Of a stretch of DNA of 64,000 bases, positions 49,201-59,125 are shown one piece after another; the stretch's first letter is position 1; each line of letters opens with the position of its first letter. The stretch is from the IMG/VR virus record IMGVR_UViG_3300020438_003889. One strand, written 5' to 3'. The notes under the pieces were generated by a model that was given only the letters and a program-made list of their open reading frames with translations, ran no database searches and was not told the DNA's origin. The position numbers and the translations under genes are program-made. Source of the DNA: an uncultured virus (IMG/VR IMGVR_UViG_3300020438_003889). Taxonomy: Duplodnaviria; Heunggongvirae; Uroviricota; Caudoviricetes.

Positions 49201-52200
49201 GTGTGTGAGTGTGATTTACCTTGCCCACCGTTTTGTTTGTCAAAAACATTTGCATTTGATTGTATTGTGTAAACAGGATAGAAGTAACCGTAGTCTCCTG
49301 AACTTGCACCTGAAGAACTTCTAGCAAGTACTGTGTATGGTCCTGAATCTTCTACTGTTCCTCCAACAAGACTTATTGTTGGAACTTTTGTGTATCCTGA
49401 TCCTGCATTTGTTATTGTTAATGATTTTACGTGTTTTGTATAATGATCTTGCCACATTTTATACGGAAACTCTGTCATAAGTGTTGCATCAACGTCAGTA
49501 TTTGGTTGAGGCGGTCTTACTTTAGATTTTGCGGTTTCATAGAATGGTGGTAAATCAAAGTCTGTGTTTAATCCGTCCTGTGTTTCAGTATTTGTATATT
49601 TTAATTTGTATTCACGTATTTTTGTATGGAATGGTTTGATTTCATTTATGTACGATTCTACGTAATCATCTTTTCCTGTTGTATATGTTTTTCTTTGATT
49701 TAAAGGTCTTAAACTATTTGTAATGTTTAAGAAAGATGATTTAAACAACCAGTTAACATATGGTTGTTCGGATAATACATATCTTAATCCTATAAAGAAA
49801 ATTGTATTGTATTCTTTGTTTAAGTCGCCAACAAAGATATCATCACGTAATGCAGTTAAAATGTTTCTAGTTTCAATAATTGGTTCTCTGTCAAAGAAGT
49901 TTTCATCATATGTGTCATCTCCTTCAAACCCTGAATCTTCAATTGTGTAGTCATATATTTTTGCAGATAGTTGAATTGTTCCATTTTGCGTTGCAACATT
50001 TTTAAAACCAGTTGCAGTTTTTTGATAAATTTTCCAACCGCCTGAATCTGATGTTACTACTTTAACGTAGTCTCCTACATTTACTTCTACACCGTCTAAA
50101 TCATATTGGTAATCAACCTGTTTGCTGATATAGGTGTCTGTTGATACTCCTGTGTCATACCAATCGTAGTATGCCCAAAAATCACTTGTTTTATATGTTT
50201 GAATTTTTGTTCTATTCCATGTGCCTGCAACTGCATTCCATTGATATATTGACCAGAATCCTGCCGCTGTTTCATCTGCTTTAACAAGATAATTTACGTT
50301 TCCGCTTAAATCTTTTGTGTTAACATAAGTTAAATCTTGATATGTATCAACTGACCCATCCCACTCTAGACTTTCTTTTGTAGGTTGTGGATCTGCTTTA
50401 TCTAAATTTTTAAAACCAATTGCACCTATTAACGGTTTGGATTTTACAATAGTGTTGGCATACTGTATTATTTCTTTTAATGCTGTAAATCTGTCAATGT
50501 ACCAACTTTGTCTAGGTCTTAGTTCAGTTCCGTATCTTCTATTAAGAGGTAAATTTGTATCCGGAACAGATGCTCCTAAACTGTCTGTACCTGTTAAACT
50601 ATCCCACCATTTACTTTCTAATGCAGGTGTAGGCCTAATTGCTGGATCACCCTCTGCATATAATTTCCATACTTTATGAGAATCTATCTCGTTATCGTTT
50701 TCTCTGTAATCAACATTGAAAACAATATTATCATTCATTAATGTTTCTTTTACATTCCATAGAATTAGTTTATTTTTATCAGAAACTGCAAAATATCTCA
50801 ATCCTGCTTTGTCTGGATCTGTTATGATGTTACTGATATATGCACACGAGTTTGATCTTATCATTGTTGTTTGATCTAACGTTGGAACAACTGCAGAATT
50901 CTTAACCCAGAAATAATAAAAATTTATAAATTCGTCTTTTGCAGAATCATATTTTTGTTTGATAGTAAATTGTGTATCGTCTATTGCTCTCGGTGTTCCA
51001 GAAATTTTATCTGTTAATCCTGCCTGTGTATCTGCTAATCCGTTCCATTCAGAAGGTAATAATGTAGTTTCAATCCATTCATATATGTCAATAGTTGATC
51101 CAGGAAACAGTTTACCCCAATTTTTAGTTTTGTATTCTTGATCACCTTGTTCATACCATATCCATTTTGCTTTAGACAGATCCCACCATGTTTCGCCTTT
51201 GTGTTCTTCTGCCCATGCCGTTTCAGAATCTTCTGTTCCAAATGCATTATAATTGTATGTTGCTGGATCCCATGTAGTCTTATATTTGATTTCTCTGTCT
51301 GCCAATCCAAATATTCTTTTCTTTAATGGATCGTAGTAGTTTAACCAATCTTTAATTTTATTTGTTGCACGATCAAATATGAATGCTGATTCAATTCTGG
51401 TGTTGTTGACTAATGGCGTTTCTACTCTTAGACAATGCCAAGGAGTTCGACCAGATTTTGTCGAATCATAATGAGCGACAGATCCGTCATTAACATAAGT
51501 TGTTGATCCGTCTGCTGTTATACCGGCATCATCCGCTGGTGCACCAACAAATATGCTGTTGTCGGTTATGAATACTGATTGTCCAAATTGATCATTTGAA
51601 GAAACATTGTCATTTACCAGTCTATCATCTAGTAGGTATTGAGTATCGTATTTTGTTGCTGTGAATACTGCCCCTGCTTCTCTGTTAATGTCTATTAACT
51701 GTGTGTCTTGCAGATCAAATGTAGTTGATCCTGTATCAAATTTCATTGTTCTAGGATTATCAGCACCTTGTGCCGCAATAATAATTTTATTACCTGAATG
51801 ATTTATGTTTACTTTTGCACCGAATTTTACATTTGTCATGTCGCCTGCAGGAGTAATAGTTTGCTGTAATGTGTATGTGTTTGTAGATCCGTCTGCATTC
51901 CATTTGTAATAGTATACTGCACCTGCATCATCTTTGAATGCTGTCGAACTGCCGTCTTGTACTTCTGTTCCTGGTGCACCGACTATAAGTGCTGATCCGT
52001 CTTTGCTCATTGCAATCGAATCACCAAATGCTGTGTTCTTTGAACTACCGTCTGCTGATATTCCTTCAAACACCTGCACTTCTGACCATGTGTACTGTGT
52101 AGAATCGTTATTTGTATTACTTGTTCTTTTGAATATGTGTACTCTGCCTGCGTTGCCTGGAGATTTTGAACTCACTGCAAGAATATCTCCTGCATCATTT

Positions 52201-55200
52201 ACTGCAACCTGATGCCCAAATCTGTGTCCTGCATTTACATTTGTTGGATATATTTCTGCTTCTTGTGTCCATGTATCGTATGTTGACCCATCTGTACCTA
52301 CCGCCCATCTGTACATATGAACTTTTCCTGTGTCGTTGTTTGCTCCAGGAGAACTTATGAACATATACTTGTCAGGAGTTTTTACTGTGCTGTTTTCACC
52401 TGGCTCTGCTACTGCATGATCCCAACCAAAATGTAAATTTGCTAATGATGTTGAATCTTTTGGATACGGTGGATATATTGCTCCTCCAAGATCATATTCT
52501 ATTTTTGAAGAGTTCCATTTATACCATTTAACAAGACCTTGATCGTCATAGTGTGTACTACCGTCTACACTTTTATTATTGTATGGTGCACCTGCTACAA
52601 GATAATTTTCATCTGAACTCAATGACAACGAGTAACCAAGTTTACTTGTACTGTCGTTATTTTCTGTCATTGTTTTTGTGTCTAATACTGCAAATGGCTC
52701 ACCCGGTGTTGATTCTTTTCTAAAATAAAAATTGAGAACTCCTTGTGTGTCTGTTGGTGATGATGCAATTAACGTTCTGCCGTCATTTCTAGCAACTACT
52801 TGCCAACCAAAGTTTTGACTGTTTTTTCTAGTAGGCGATTGTACTTGATTATAGTTTAACCATTCTTGTCTTTCATAAACTTTCCACGTTCCGGTTTCGT
52901 TATCTATAAAAACTTTATCTCCCGGTATACCGTTTAATTCATCTTTAACTTTGTAATCATCAAAATCAATCTGATCATTTACATCATCTATTGTCGGAAA
53001 TCTTACAGAAACAAATTTACTAACATCACCATAAGAAGTAACTGTTGATTGGTCTGTTATATTTGATAATTCTGATATATTTCCTATAAAATCAACACAC
53101 ACTTTACTTGATGATGCAACTTTTTTAATTGTAAACACTTTGTTAAGTGCAGTATTTTTAGATCCTGACACTAACATAAAATCGCCAACTTTAAATGTGT
53201 GGTATGTATTAAAACTTAATTCTAACTGTGTTCCTTCATTTATGCTTTGTAATTTTGTTAATCTTATAGGTGTTCTAGTAACTCTTAAAACGTCCCAGTC
53301 GTTTATTTTATTGTTTGCTACCCAAATTAAATCTTGGTTAGATACTCTGCTTACATTTAAGTTTAGTACATCTGCAATATTAAATGCTGTATGTTGTACG
53401 TCATCAAATCTTGGATATCCTGCATTTTTATAGTACTGTACTGATTCTCTGTCTACTTCTGCTTTTTTGTAATTAAATGTTGAAAAAGTTGTTGATGCTT
53501 TGTACTCTAACGGTTTTTCGTACATTTCGACCGATGGTACAGTTGCTGATCTATTATAGTTTACTGCGTCATTTGTTGTGTCTAATAATTCAACACTTTG
53601 AGGATTGTGTAAGAATTTTGAATCGTCCATTTTAAATTGAACAGATTTTTTAGCATCAACATTTCCAAACTCGCCTGTTCTAATCATCCATTCTGGATAT
53701 ACTGATAATGTAATGTCTTCGTCTAAAAATTTTGCTCTTGCTAACTTATTAATTGCATTCTGTGTACCTTTTTCTCTAATAAATCCTTGATAAAATTTAT
53801 ATTGAGAAATATCGTTTACAAATAGATTATTCAAATAATCTCTAGATTGATATCCAATCAAATGCTGTGCAAGTCCTTGCTGTACAGCATCAAAATTATC
53901 TGTTTCTAGATCATAGAAATCATTAAATTGTGCAATTTTATAATCAAAGTTAGGTATTAACTCTGGCGTAGGCTGACCAATTCTTGTGTAATTAGACAAA
54001 TTAAACTCTTTACCTGAGTTATGATTAACTTTTGCCATGTAGTATTTTGCTTGATACTCTAACGAATCTCCAATTTTATAATCTGTGTTTGCATTCCAGA
54101 ACGAAACTTCTGCTTTGTCGTACATAAATCCTGGCGAATGAAATCCTCCATTCCAGTTAGCAGTTTTCCAACCTACTAATTTTAGTCTCGACTGTCTAAA
54201 TCCTGTTGCTGGATCATAAATTATATCACTGAATACTGTTTTATTGTCAAACACCAACATATGTTCTTTTTCAACAGAGTGTAATTCCATTCCGTAAATT
54301 CCAACATTTTCGTTTTTTGATATTGCATTGAAAGTATTGCCTTCTCTTTTTACTGAAATATCTCTTTCGGAAATTGACCTTCCACCTGCATCTAACACAG
54401 TATAATTGTTATAAACGTTTTTTAATTTTCCTATTACAGAATTTGTTGTTTCTAAATTAAATCCACTTGCTCCCGGAGATACTGTTATGGCAGATCCGGC
54501 CGCCCACCCTTGTGTTGTCCAGTATAAAAACTCATCTATTGCTGTATTCCAGTTAAGTGTTTTATCTATTTCTTTTGAATATCTGTCAAATGCAAAGCCT
54601 TGAGATTCTAACCATTGTCCATATCCTTGTAAGAACTCGGCAACATCCTGCCTAGTTTCGAACAATGTTCCATATGTAACAGTTTCAACAGTATCTGAAC
54701 GATCTTTATACACCGATACTCTTGCTGATCCTTGTACCTTAACAGTACTATTGCTATTTCTAATTGGCACATACATTTTAAATATTGGATTTGTTATGTC
54801 GTATCCTGTTACTCTATAACCAGGTGCAATTGACGATCCATCACTCGATACTGTAGAATTTTTTTCTATCAGCACACCACTGTAATAAAACTTTTTAACA
54901 GGATTACTTGTTCTGAAATATATTTTATAATTCTCAGTAGGTAAAAATTGTGAACCTGATGTAGATCCTGGAGATATCGAATCTGTTAAAATTTTTAAAT
55001 TTGCTTTATCTGTGAATCCACCTAACTTATATGCTAATTGTACATTTAAGTTTTTCATCTTATCATAATAAAAAGTTGCAGGATCTAACCCTTGCGACAT
55101 CAAATAGTTAACTGCGTATGGTTGATATCCTGATGTTTGATACCTTGTAACAACACCTGTTTCTGTATTAGTCGATGTTTCTAAATGATATTTTACTGTT

Positions 55201-58200
55201 GCTGATTTTTGTCTTAATCCTGTGTCTGTTATTACATAGTTTCCTACTAGATTTTTAGAAAGTCTGCTTGGATCTAAGTATGCTCCAAAAAATTTGCAAG
55301 GTTGTAAAACTGCAAGTGCTTTAATAACTGCAAATGCAAAACTTGAACTTCTTCTCCATGCTGTTTCCGCCGGGCCATGATCACCAAACTTCCATGGTTG
55401 TTTAAGATTTGCTCTTTGCCATTTGCCAATAACGTTTGCCGGTAATGCCATTGTGCCTGACGAATTAACTGGAATTCTGTAAGACATTCCTGGTCTAGCA
55501 TATCTTGTATCTATATTTCCTGTACTAGCATCGTATCCTCGTTCAATGTCGCTCCATAAAACTTCATTCCCTGCTGTGTATGGTGCTGGTCCATATTTGT
55601 CTTCCCATTTAGCAGGCTTTTCAGAATGTCCTAACATTTCCCATGGATGAGTATGAGGTCTATCAGTATCAAAATAGTAATTAAATATTCCTCTCCAATA
55701 TCCTGCTTCGTTATCTGTTCCGTTGATATCTTTACTTGCAGAATAGTTGAAAGTGAACGGATCAGAATCTACATATCCCGAATTAGTTCTAAAGTCTACA
55801 TTGTTTCTTCCTGCCCATATATAAAAGTCTTCACTCATTACTCCATTGACTTCATTCCTTGTAAACAGATTAGTACTGTGAGCACCAGGAAGTACACTAT
55901 GAATATTAAGTAAATCTTTGTTGTATGTTGATTTAATATTGTTGTAAATTCTTTTTTCTAATTCTAAAAGTAAATCATCTCTGAAATCACCGTATGCAAT
56001 AGACCTAGAACCATCGTGTCCAACAATTACTTGTTGTGCTGTTCTATACGAGTTGTCAGTTTCTAGTGCCGGTGTAAACTTAGGATACATACCTAATTTT
56101 GTCGGAGTAGGTGGAATGTAACTTCCTTCAGTATTGGAATAATCTTTAATTTTGATAATGTCGCCGGTTGCAAGTGCTGATACAAAATGTATACTGTCAA
56201 CAGTTGTGCTAAAAGTATAATCAGTACCTAATAATAATTGTATATCATTTTTATAAACGTATACTGCTCTGTTGCTTAATACTGTTGGATCAAAAATACT
56301 ATCAATTGAATATTCTGTTGCTGACGGATCTTGTACTGTATATTTTCTTTCAGTTTTGGATTCTCCAAATCCAATCATATCTTCATAATAAAAAGGTGAT
56401 GCAACATTTTTTGCATACGTCATTTCAGTTAAAATTTCATCAACTCTATCTGCAACGTTACCTTCGTATGTTGATCCTGTCGCCTGTGTTAAAAAATTTT
56501 CTTTAAATTTTTGATATTCTAAGTTCGAATGGTCTAATGCTGTAATAAAGTTTGCTTCTTTGTCAATTAAGTTGAACATCGCAGAAGTTATTGAACCTGC
56601 ATGATTTTGTAGTGCACCACCTGTTAAGAATGATTCCGGTTTGTCTCTTAAATTGGTAGGTCCTGGTATAACACCTGTAATATCAGTTGATCTGTTACTT
56701 ACGTTGATAATATGATTAGAGATTTGTCCTAATGTAAATTCGTTCAACGAGTCATTAAGAGAATTGTTTGATAGTATATCTGGTATCTCATATGCACCTT
56801 TGTCTTTAAGTTTTGGTGCTGTTGACCAACAGAATAAAGATACAATATCGTGTAATTTTAATTCTTTAGCAAATTTAACAAATTTGTTTGATGTTCCGTT
56901 TACTAGTGTAAAATCTGTGTTAATTTTTTTAATTACACCATTTACTTTTACAGCAACTTCTAAATCAGTTAACGATGCTGAATTTTTATAAACATCAACT
57001 GCAAATAATTTTTTTTCTGTTGCTGTTGCAAAATGAGTTCTTTTTACTCTTTGTTTTGATTCTGTTAATCTTTCTTTCCAGTTTGTTCTAGGATTGTAAG
57101 TTGTTAATCCTGTAATTTCATGTGTGAATCCTGTTGATGTTGTTTGAGTAATAAAATCATCACCTGATTTATACTTAAATGTTCCACTGTTAACATCAGA
57201 TTCAAAAACTAAATCACCAACATTGTTAATTGTATTATATTTTACTTGTAATCCTAAAACGGTGTCTGTTATTGCACCTGCTGATATTTTATAAGAAAAT
57301 AATTCCGAACCTGCAAAGTTTGTAGATGAGTATATTGAATCATCGCTGTAACTGATTCCGTTTTTGTCAAATACATCAAACAACGGTTGTTGATTTAATT
57401 TTGTTTTCTTTTGACCTTCTATCCATTGGCTTAAATTTTTATCAGGCCCGGCAGTAGTTGAAAAGTGTAAAGTTTTACCTTGATTTTTTTCTCCAAATTC
57501 AACGTATACTTGTTCTCCGTCAACTGGGTATGTATCATTGATTTCTGCTAGTTGCAAAGCAATAACTGTTGACCCTGCTACCTTAACAAAATTAACTTCG
57601 TAAATTTTATTTTTAACAAGTTTATCTGTGTCAGCAGTAAACAATATTCTCATACCGTTTGTTACTTCTAGACCGTCAACATAATAACCTGTTTGGTTAA
57701 CCATAGATGAGAATACATCAGTTGTTACATCATCAACAAGTGCAACTGATTTTTTTGCTATTGTACCGTAATTAAACAATTGAAGACCAGAATCAAATTC
57801 TATAATTGGTCTTTTTGCTCTGTCATCTTCTGACAATGTAAATTCTGATCCGTTTGCTGTTGCTGTTGCTTCAATTACAGATTTATGAAACCATCTGTTG
57901 TATCTTGACCAAGCATTTTGATCTACTGAATCACGTTTAATTGTAATGTAATCATGTTTGTCCGGTCTATAGAATGATTTTGCATATGGTCTTGAATCAA
58001 AGCCAACTGAATCATATAATATTGTAGTTTCTGTTGCATATGTTTCTGGAGTAATTAAACTGTCAACATCAGTTAATGTAATTTTACTTCCAACACCCTC
58101 GATGTAAAAAGATTTGTCTCCGTATTTTTCTGTATCAATTACATTTGATCCAAATCTTATTTTCATTCCATTGGATAAAACTGTTCCATTACACATTGTA

Positions 58201-59123
58201 TAGTTTACTGCACCTACAATATCTTCTGTTGTATTAATTTTAGTTGTTGACGTTTCTGTTTGAATTTTTATAACACCGTGCATCGCTCCATGATTACCAC
58301 ATTGATAAAACAAAGAGTCAGGAGCATCTGTTGGTACTGTAAATGTTATTGTTCCTTTATCTATACCGTCGTTTGTTACTCCTTTTGTGTACAATATTGA
58401 TGTACTACCGTCTGATGCTTTACCCGACGACACCGGCTCTGTCATTATCCACAACGGATGTCCGACTGCGTCAATTTTAAATTTATATGTGTTACCTCTG
58501 TATAAAGTTATTGCAGGATTATCTTTGGCTTCATGAGTTGAAAATCTATACACTCCAACTTTTGGAACAGTTACCGCAATCTCTGTTGTTGAACCTGTCG
58601 CAATTTTATCAACTAATATTGCTGTTGGACCATTTGGCAACCAATAGTATTCTCTAAAGTTAACAAGTTTATCTGTGTCAACATACGGATTCCAAGAATA
58701 TGTTTTCTCTTTTGTTAATCTGTCATGATTGTCCACTGGAGCATTAAAATAACCTAATTGATTTAAAAAATCATCATAAGTTGCTGTAAATTTAATTTTT
58801 TCATCAATAGTAGTTGATGTTGTGTCAACATCTGCAACAGTTACAGTTGGTTCTAACTGATACTGTGTTCTGCTTTTAGTTGTTGCACCTAAGTAATTGT
58901 CTGTTATATTCCTAGTATAAGAATCTAATCTTCCAATATAACCATCTAGTCGTTCAAGTTTTCCTTTTTGTATTGCAGGATCTAGTGTGCTACTTAAAAA
59001 TTTTTCGTTTGCGTCTGTTCTGTAGTAATGAGGAAGATGTGCAACGGTTCTTCTATATTCACGACCGTTTTTGTCTGTGACTACTTCGTATCTTTTTGTG
59101 CTGTCAATTGCGTTGTCTGCCAT
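46245..59123 (-). CDS. giant (4292 aa) baseplate wedge/structural protein
   Basis: 12.9 kb uninterrupted ORF directly after the gp6-like gene; cupredoxin-like motif, FG-GAP propeller, 'ITNAGSGYT..P' repeats, 'KPFHTKIR' and C-terminal GDGST beta-repeats. Confidence 0.8.
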   Translation of the reverse strand: MADNAIDSTKRYEVVTDKNGREYRRTVAHLPHYYRTDANEKFLSSTLDPAIQKGKLERLDGYIGRLDSYTRNITDNYLGATTKSRTQYQLEPTVTVADVDTTSTTIDEKIKFTATYDDFLNQLGYFNAPVDNHDRLTKEKTYSWNPYVDTDKLVNFREYYWLPNGPTAILVDKIATGSTTEIAVTVPKVGVYRFSTHEAKDNPAITLYRGNTYKFKIDAVGHPLWIMTEPVSSGKASDGSTSILYTKGVTNDGIDKGTITFTVPTDAPDSLFYQCGNHGAMHGVIKIQTETSTTKINTTEDIVGAVNYTMCNGTVLSNGMKIRFGSNVIDTEKYGDKSFYIEGVGSKITLTDVDSLITPETYATETTILYDSVGFDSRPYAKSFYRPDKHDYITIKRDSVDQNAWSRYNRWFHKSVIEATATANGSEFTLSEDDRAKRPIIEFDSGLQLFNYGTIAKKSVALVDDVTTDVFSSMVNQTGYYVDGLEVTNGMRILFTADTDKLVKNKIYEVNFVKVAGSTVIALQLAEINDTYPVDGEQVYVEFGEKNQGKTLHFSTTAGPDKNLSQWIEGQKKTKLNQQPLFDVFDKNGISYSDDSIYSSTNFAGSELFSYKISAGAITDTVLGLQVKYNTINNVGDLVFESDVNSGTFKYKSGDDFITQTTSTGFTHEITGLTTYNPRTNWKERLTESKQRVKRTHFATATEKKLFAVDVYKNSASLTDLEVAVKVNGVIKKINTDFTLVNGTSNKFVKFAKELKLHDIVSLFCWSTAPKLKDKGAYEIPDILSNNSLNDSLNEFTLGQISNHIINVSNRSTDITGVIPGPTNLRDKPESFLTGGALQNHAGSITSAMFNLIDKEANFITALDHSNLEYQKFKENFLTQATGSTYEGNVADRVDEILTEMTYAKNVASPFYYEDMIGFGESKTERKYTVQDPSATEYSIDSIFDPTVLSNRAVYVYKNDIQLLLGTDYTFSTTVDSIHFVSALATGDIIKIKDYSNTEGSYIPPTPTKLGMYPKFTPALETDNSYRTAQQVIVGHDGSRSIAYGDFRDDLLLELEKRIYNNIKSTYNKDLLNIHSVLPGAHSTNLFTRNEVNGVMSEDFYIWAGRNNVDFRTNSGYVDSDPFTFNYSASKDINGTDNEAGYWRGIFNYYFDTDRPHTHPWEMLGHSEKPAKWEDKYGPAPYTAGNEVLWSDIERGYDASTGNIDTRYARPGMSYRIPVNSSGTMALPANVIGKWQRANLKQPWKFGDHGPAETAWRRSSSFAFAVIKALAVLQPCKFFGAYLDPSRLSKNLVGNYVITDTGLRQKSATVKYHLETSTNTETGVVTRYQTSGYQPYAVNYLMSQGLDPATFYYDKMKNLNVQLAYKLGGFTDKANLKILTDSISPGSTSGSQFLPTENYKIYFRTSNPVKKFYYSGVLIEKNSTVSSDGSSIAPGYRVTGYDITNPIFKMYVPIRNSNSTVKVQGSARVSVYKDRSDTVETVTYGTLFETRQDVAEFLQGYGQWLESQGFAFDRYSKEIDKTLNWNTAIDEFLYWTTQGWAAGSAITVSPGASGFNLETTNSVIGKLKNVYNNYTVLDAGGRSISERDISVKREGNTFNAISKNENVGIYGMELHSVEKEHMLVFDNKTVFSDIIYDPATGFRQSRLKLVGWKTANWNGGFHSPGFMYDKAEVSFWNANTDYKIGDSLEYQAKYYMAKVNHNSGKEFNLSNYTRIGQPTPELIPNFDYKIAQFNDFYDLETDNFDAVQQGLAQHLIGYQSRDYLNNLFVNDISQYKFYQGFIREKGTQNAINKLARAKFLDEDITLSVYPEWMIRTGEFGNVDAKKSVQFKMDDSKFLHNPQSVELLDTTNDAVNYNRSATVPSVEMYEKPLEYKASTTFSTFNYKKAEVDRESVQYYKNAGYPRFDDVQHTAFNIADVLNLNVSRVSNQDLIWVANNKINDWDVLRVTRTPIRLTKLQSINEGTQLELSFNTYHTFKVGDFMLVSGSKNTALNKVFTIKKVASSSKVCVDFIGNISELSNITDQSTVTSYGDVSKFVSVRFPTIDDVNDQIDFDDYKVKDELNGIPGDKVFIDNETGTWKVYERQEWLNYNQVQSPTRKNSQNFGWQVVARNDGRTLIASSPTDTQGVLNFYFRKESTPGEPFAVLDTKTMTENNDSTSKLGYSLSLSSDENYLVAGAPYNNKSVDGSTHYDDQGLVKWYKWNSSKIEYDLGGAIYPPYPKDSTSLANLHFGWDHAVAEPGENSTVKTPDKYMFISSPGANNDTGKVHMYRWAVGTDGSTYDTWTQEAEIYPTNVNAGHRFGHQVAVNDAGDILAVSSKSPGNAGRVHIFKRTSNTNNDSTQYTWSEVQVFEGISADGSSKNTAFGDSIAMSKDGSALIVGAPGTEVQDGSSTAFKDDAGAVYYYKWNADGSTNTYTLQQTITPAGDMTNVKFGAKVNINHSGNKIIIAAQGADNPRTMKFDTGSTTFDLQDTQLIDINREAGAVFTATKYDTQYLLDDRLVNDNVSSNDQFGQSVFITDNSIFVGAPADDAGITADGSTTYVNDGSVAHYDSTKSGRTPWHCLRVETPLVNNTRIESAFIFDRATNKIKDWLNYYDPLKKRIFGLADREIKYKTTWDPATYNYNAFGTEDSETAWAEEHKGETWWDLSKAKWIWYEQGDQEYKTKNWGKLFPGSTIDIYEWIETTLLPSEWNGLADTQAGLTDKISGTPRAIDDTQFTIKQKYDSAKDEFINFYYFWVKNSAVVPTLDQTTMIRSNSCAYISNIITDPDKAGLRYFAVSDKNKLILWNVKETLMNDNIVFNVDYRENDNEIDSHKVWKLYAEGDPAIRPTPALESKWWDSLTGTDSLGASVPDTNLPLNRRYGTELRPRQSWYIDRFTALKEIIQYANTIVKSKPLIGAIGFKNLDKADPQPTKESLEWDGSVDTYQDLTYVNTKDLSGNVNYLVKADETAAGFWSIYQWNAVAGTWNRTKIQTYKTSDFWAYYDWYDTGVSTDTYISKQVDYQYDLDGVEVNVGDYVKVVTSDSGGWKIYQKTATGFKNVATQNGTIQLSAKIYDYTIEDSGFEGDDTYDENFFDREPIIETRNILTALRDDIFVGDLNKEYNTIFFIGLRYVLSEQPYVNWLFKSSFLNITNSLRPLNQRKTYTTGKDDYVESYINEIKPFHTKIREYKLKYTNTETQDGLNTDFDLPPFYETAKSKVRPPQPNTDVDATLMTEFPYKMWQDHYTKHVKSLTITNAGSGYTKVPTISLVGGTVEDSGPYTVLARSSSGASSGDYGYFYPVYTIQSNANVFDKQNGGQGKSHSHTFDEYPTRTFYMPNSSMNHAEAIDPGTYKIFSPGTKTHATATAVISQGKITKVNLHTQGWGYTTTPEVIVTGGNEDGSNPTDTAKLSAVLGNDLVRDFDTTIRFDRIKSSADVKTWTASTTYEYGTLIRYDNELYRATQRITTGTTFTDTNLTKLRGNENYITAAERIQGMYAPDSGMPGLELSQLMEGIDYGGVQVTGLDFNREQGFDKSPWFEEPWDGYGKTRIRTFYGDGSTAQFIFTDAPNPTDVFTVYLNGVRQVNEVHRGDSSTTSFTLGSAPGNGVKVEFIPFDDDGVQTPTDDRTLDSLVTGGMFGSALGVDPNQVITDGDEFVSPDTSYAPEESIPGQIFDTLDIQVYSAPDSGVPFIVEKNYICDGTETTFDIGQKPGTQAAVSVIVNNVAKRLTDYTVDTQAETITFGSAPTSGQRLTIKSFAISGSQYMVLNDFVGDGSTKVFKTGTRENFAPDSSLSQLYVTVDGIPTSAYTTSSTANALTLTFNSAPASGKSIQIAGFNQTVGQGRAYAEIRQDTITYSSGTNRYTLTYPVGSYGPYAGLTILEHNGKVLRGPDNSYYIGDGSTYAYGVVSGLSDDSTIDPAKTITLASQVEVFVNGTEQDLNTDYTIDFGNQQVNFITPPAGTDVIAITTNVDTHYTYVGTDIILKTSQLSTDGITLNNNDTISATTFNNALGMKSRREVLEGRASGEHRLYNTPLNSNFVYVWFNNQPLQQGFDYTVSENVVKISGKTITSADRIDVLYFTVPSSTKQTGFRLFKDMLNRQFYKRIAKSGTTTLAQDLTDADKTITVVDASVLGDADGTTLLPGVIFIDKERIEFFQKSGNVLSQIRRGTLGTGIKAHIGGTKVVDASGKSTVPYSDTIYTNTYVSDGSTVSFATTITPSDARQLDIFIGGQRLLLTSEDGSTVNYTVSGSNVVLTNPVAANVQIRILMKKGQVWYTKGSSTAANGKGLNQSTTTAARFIAEEPTNTPE

Positions 59124-59125
59124 CT

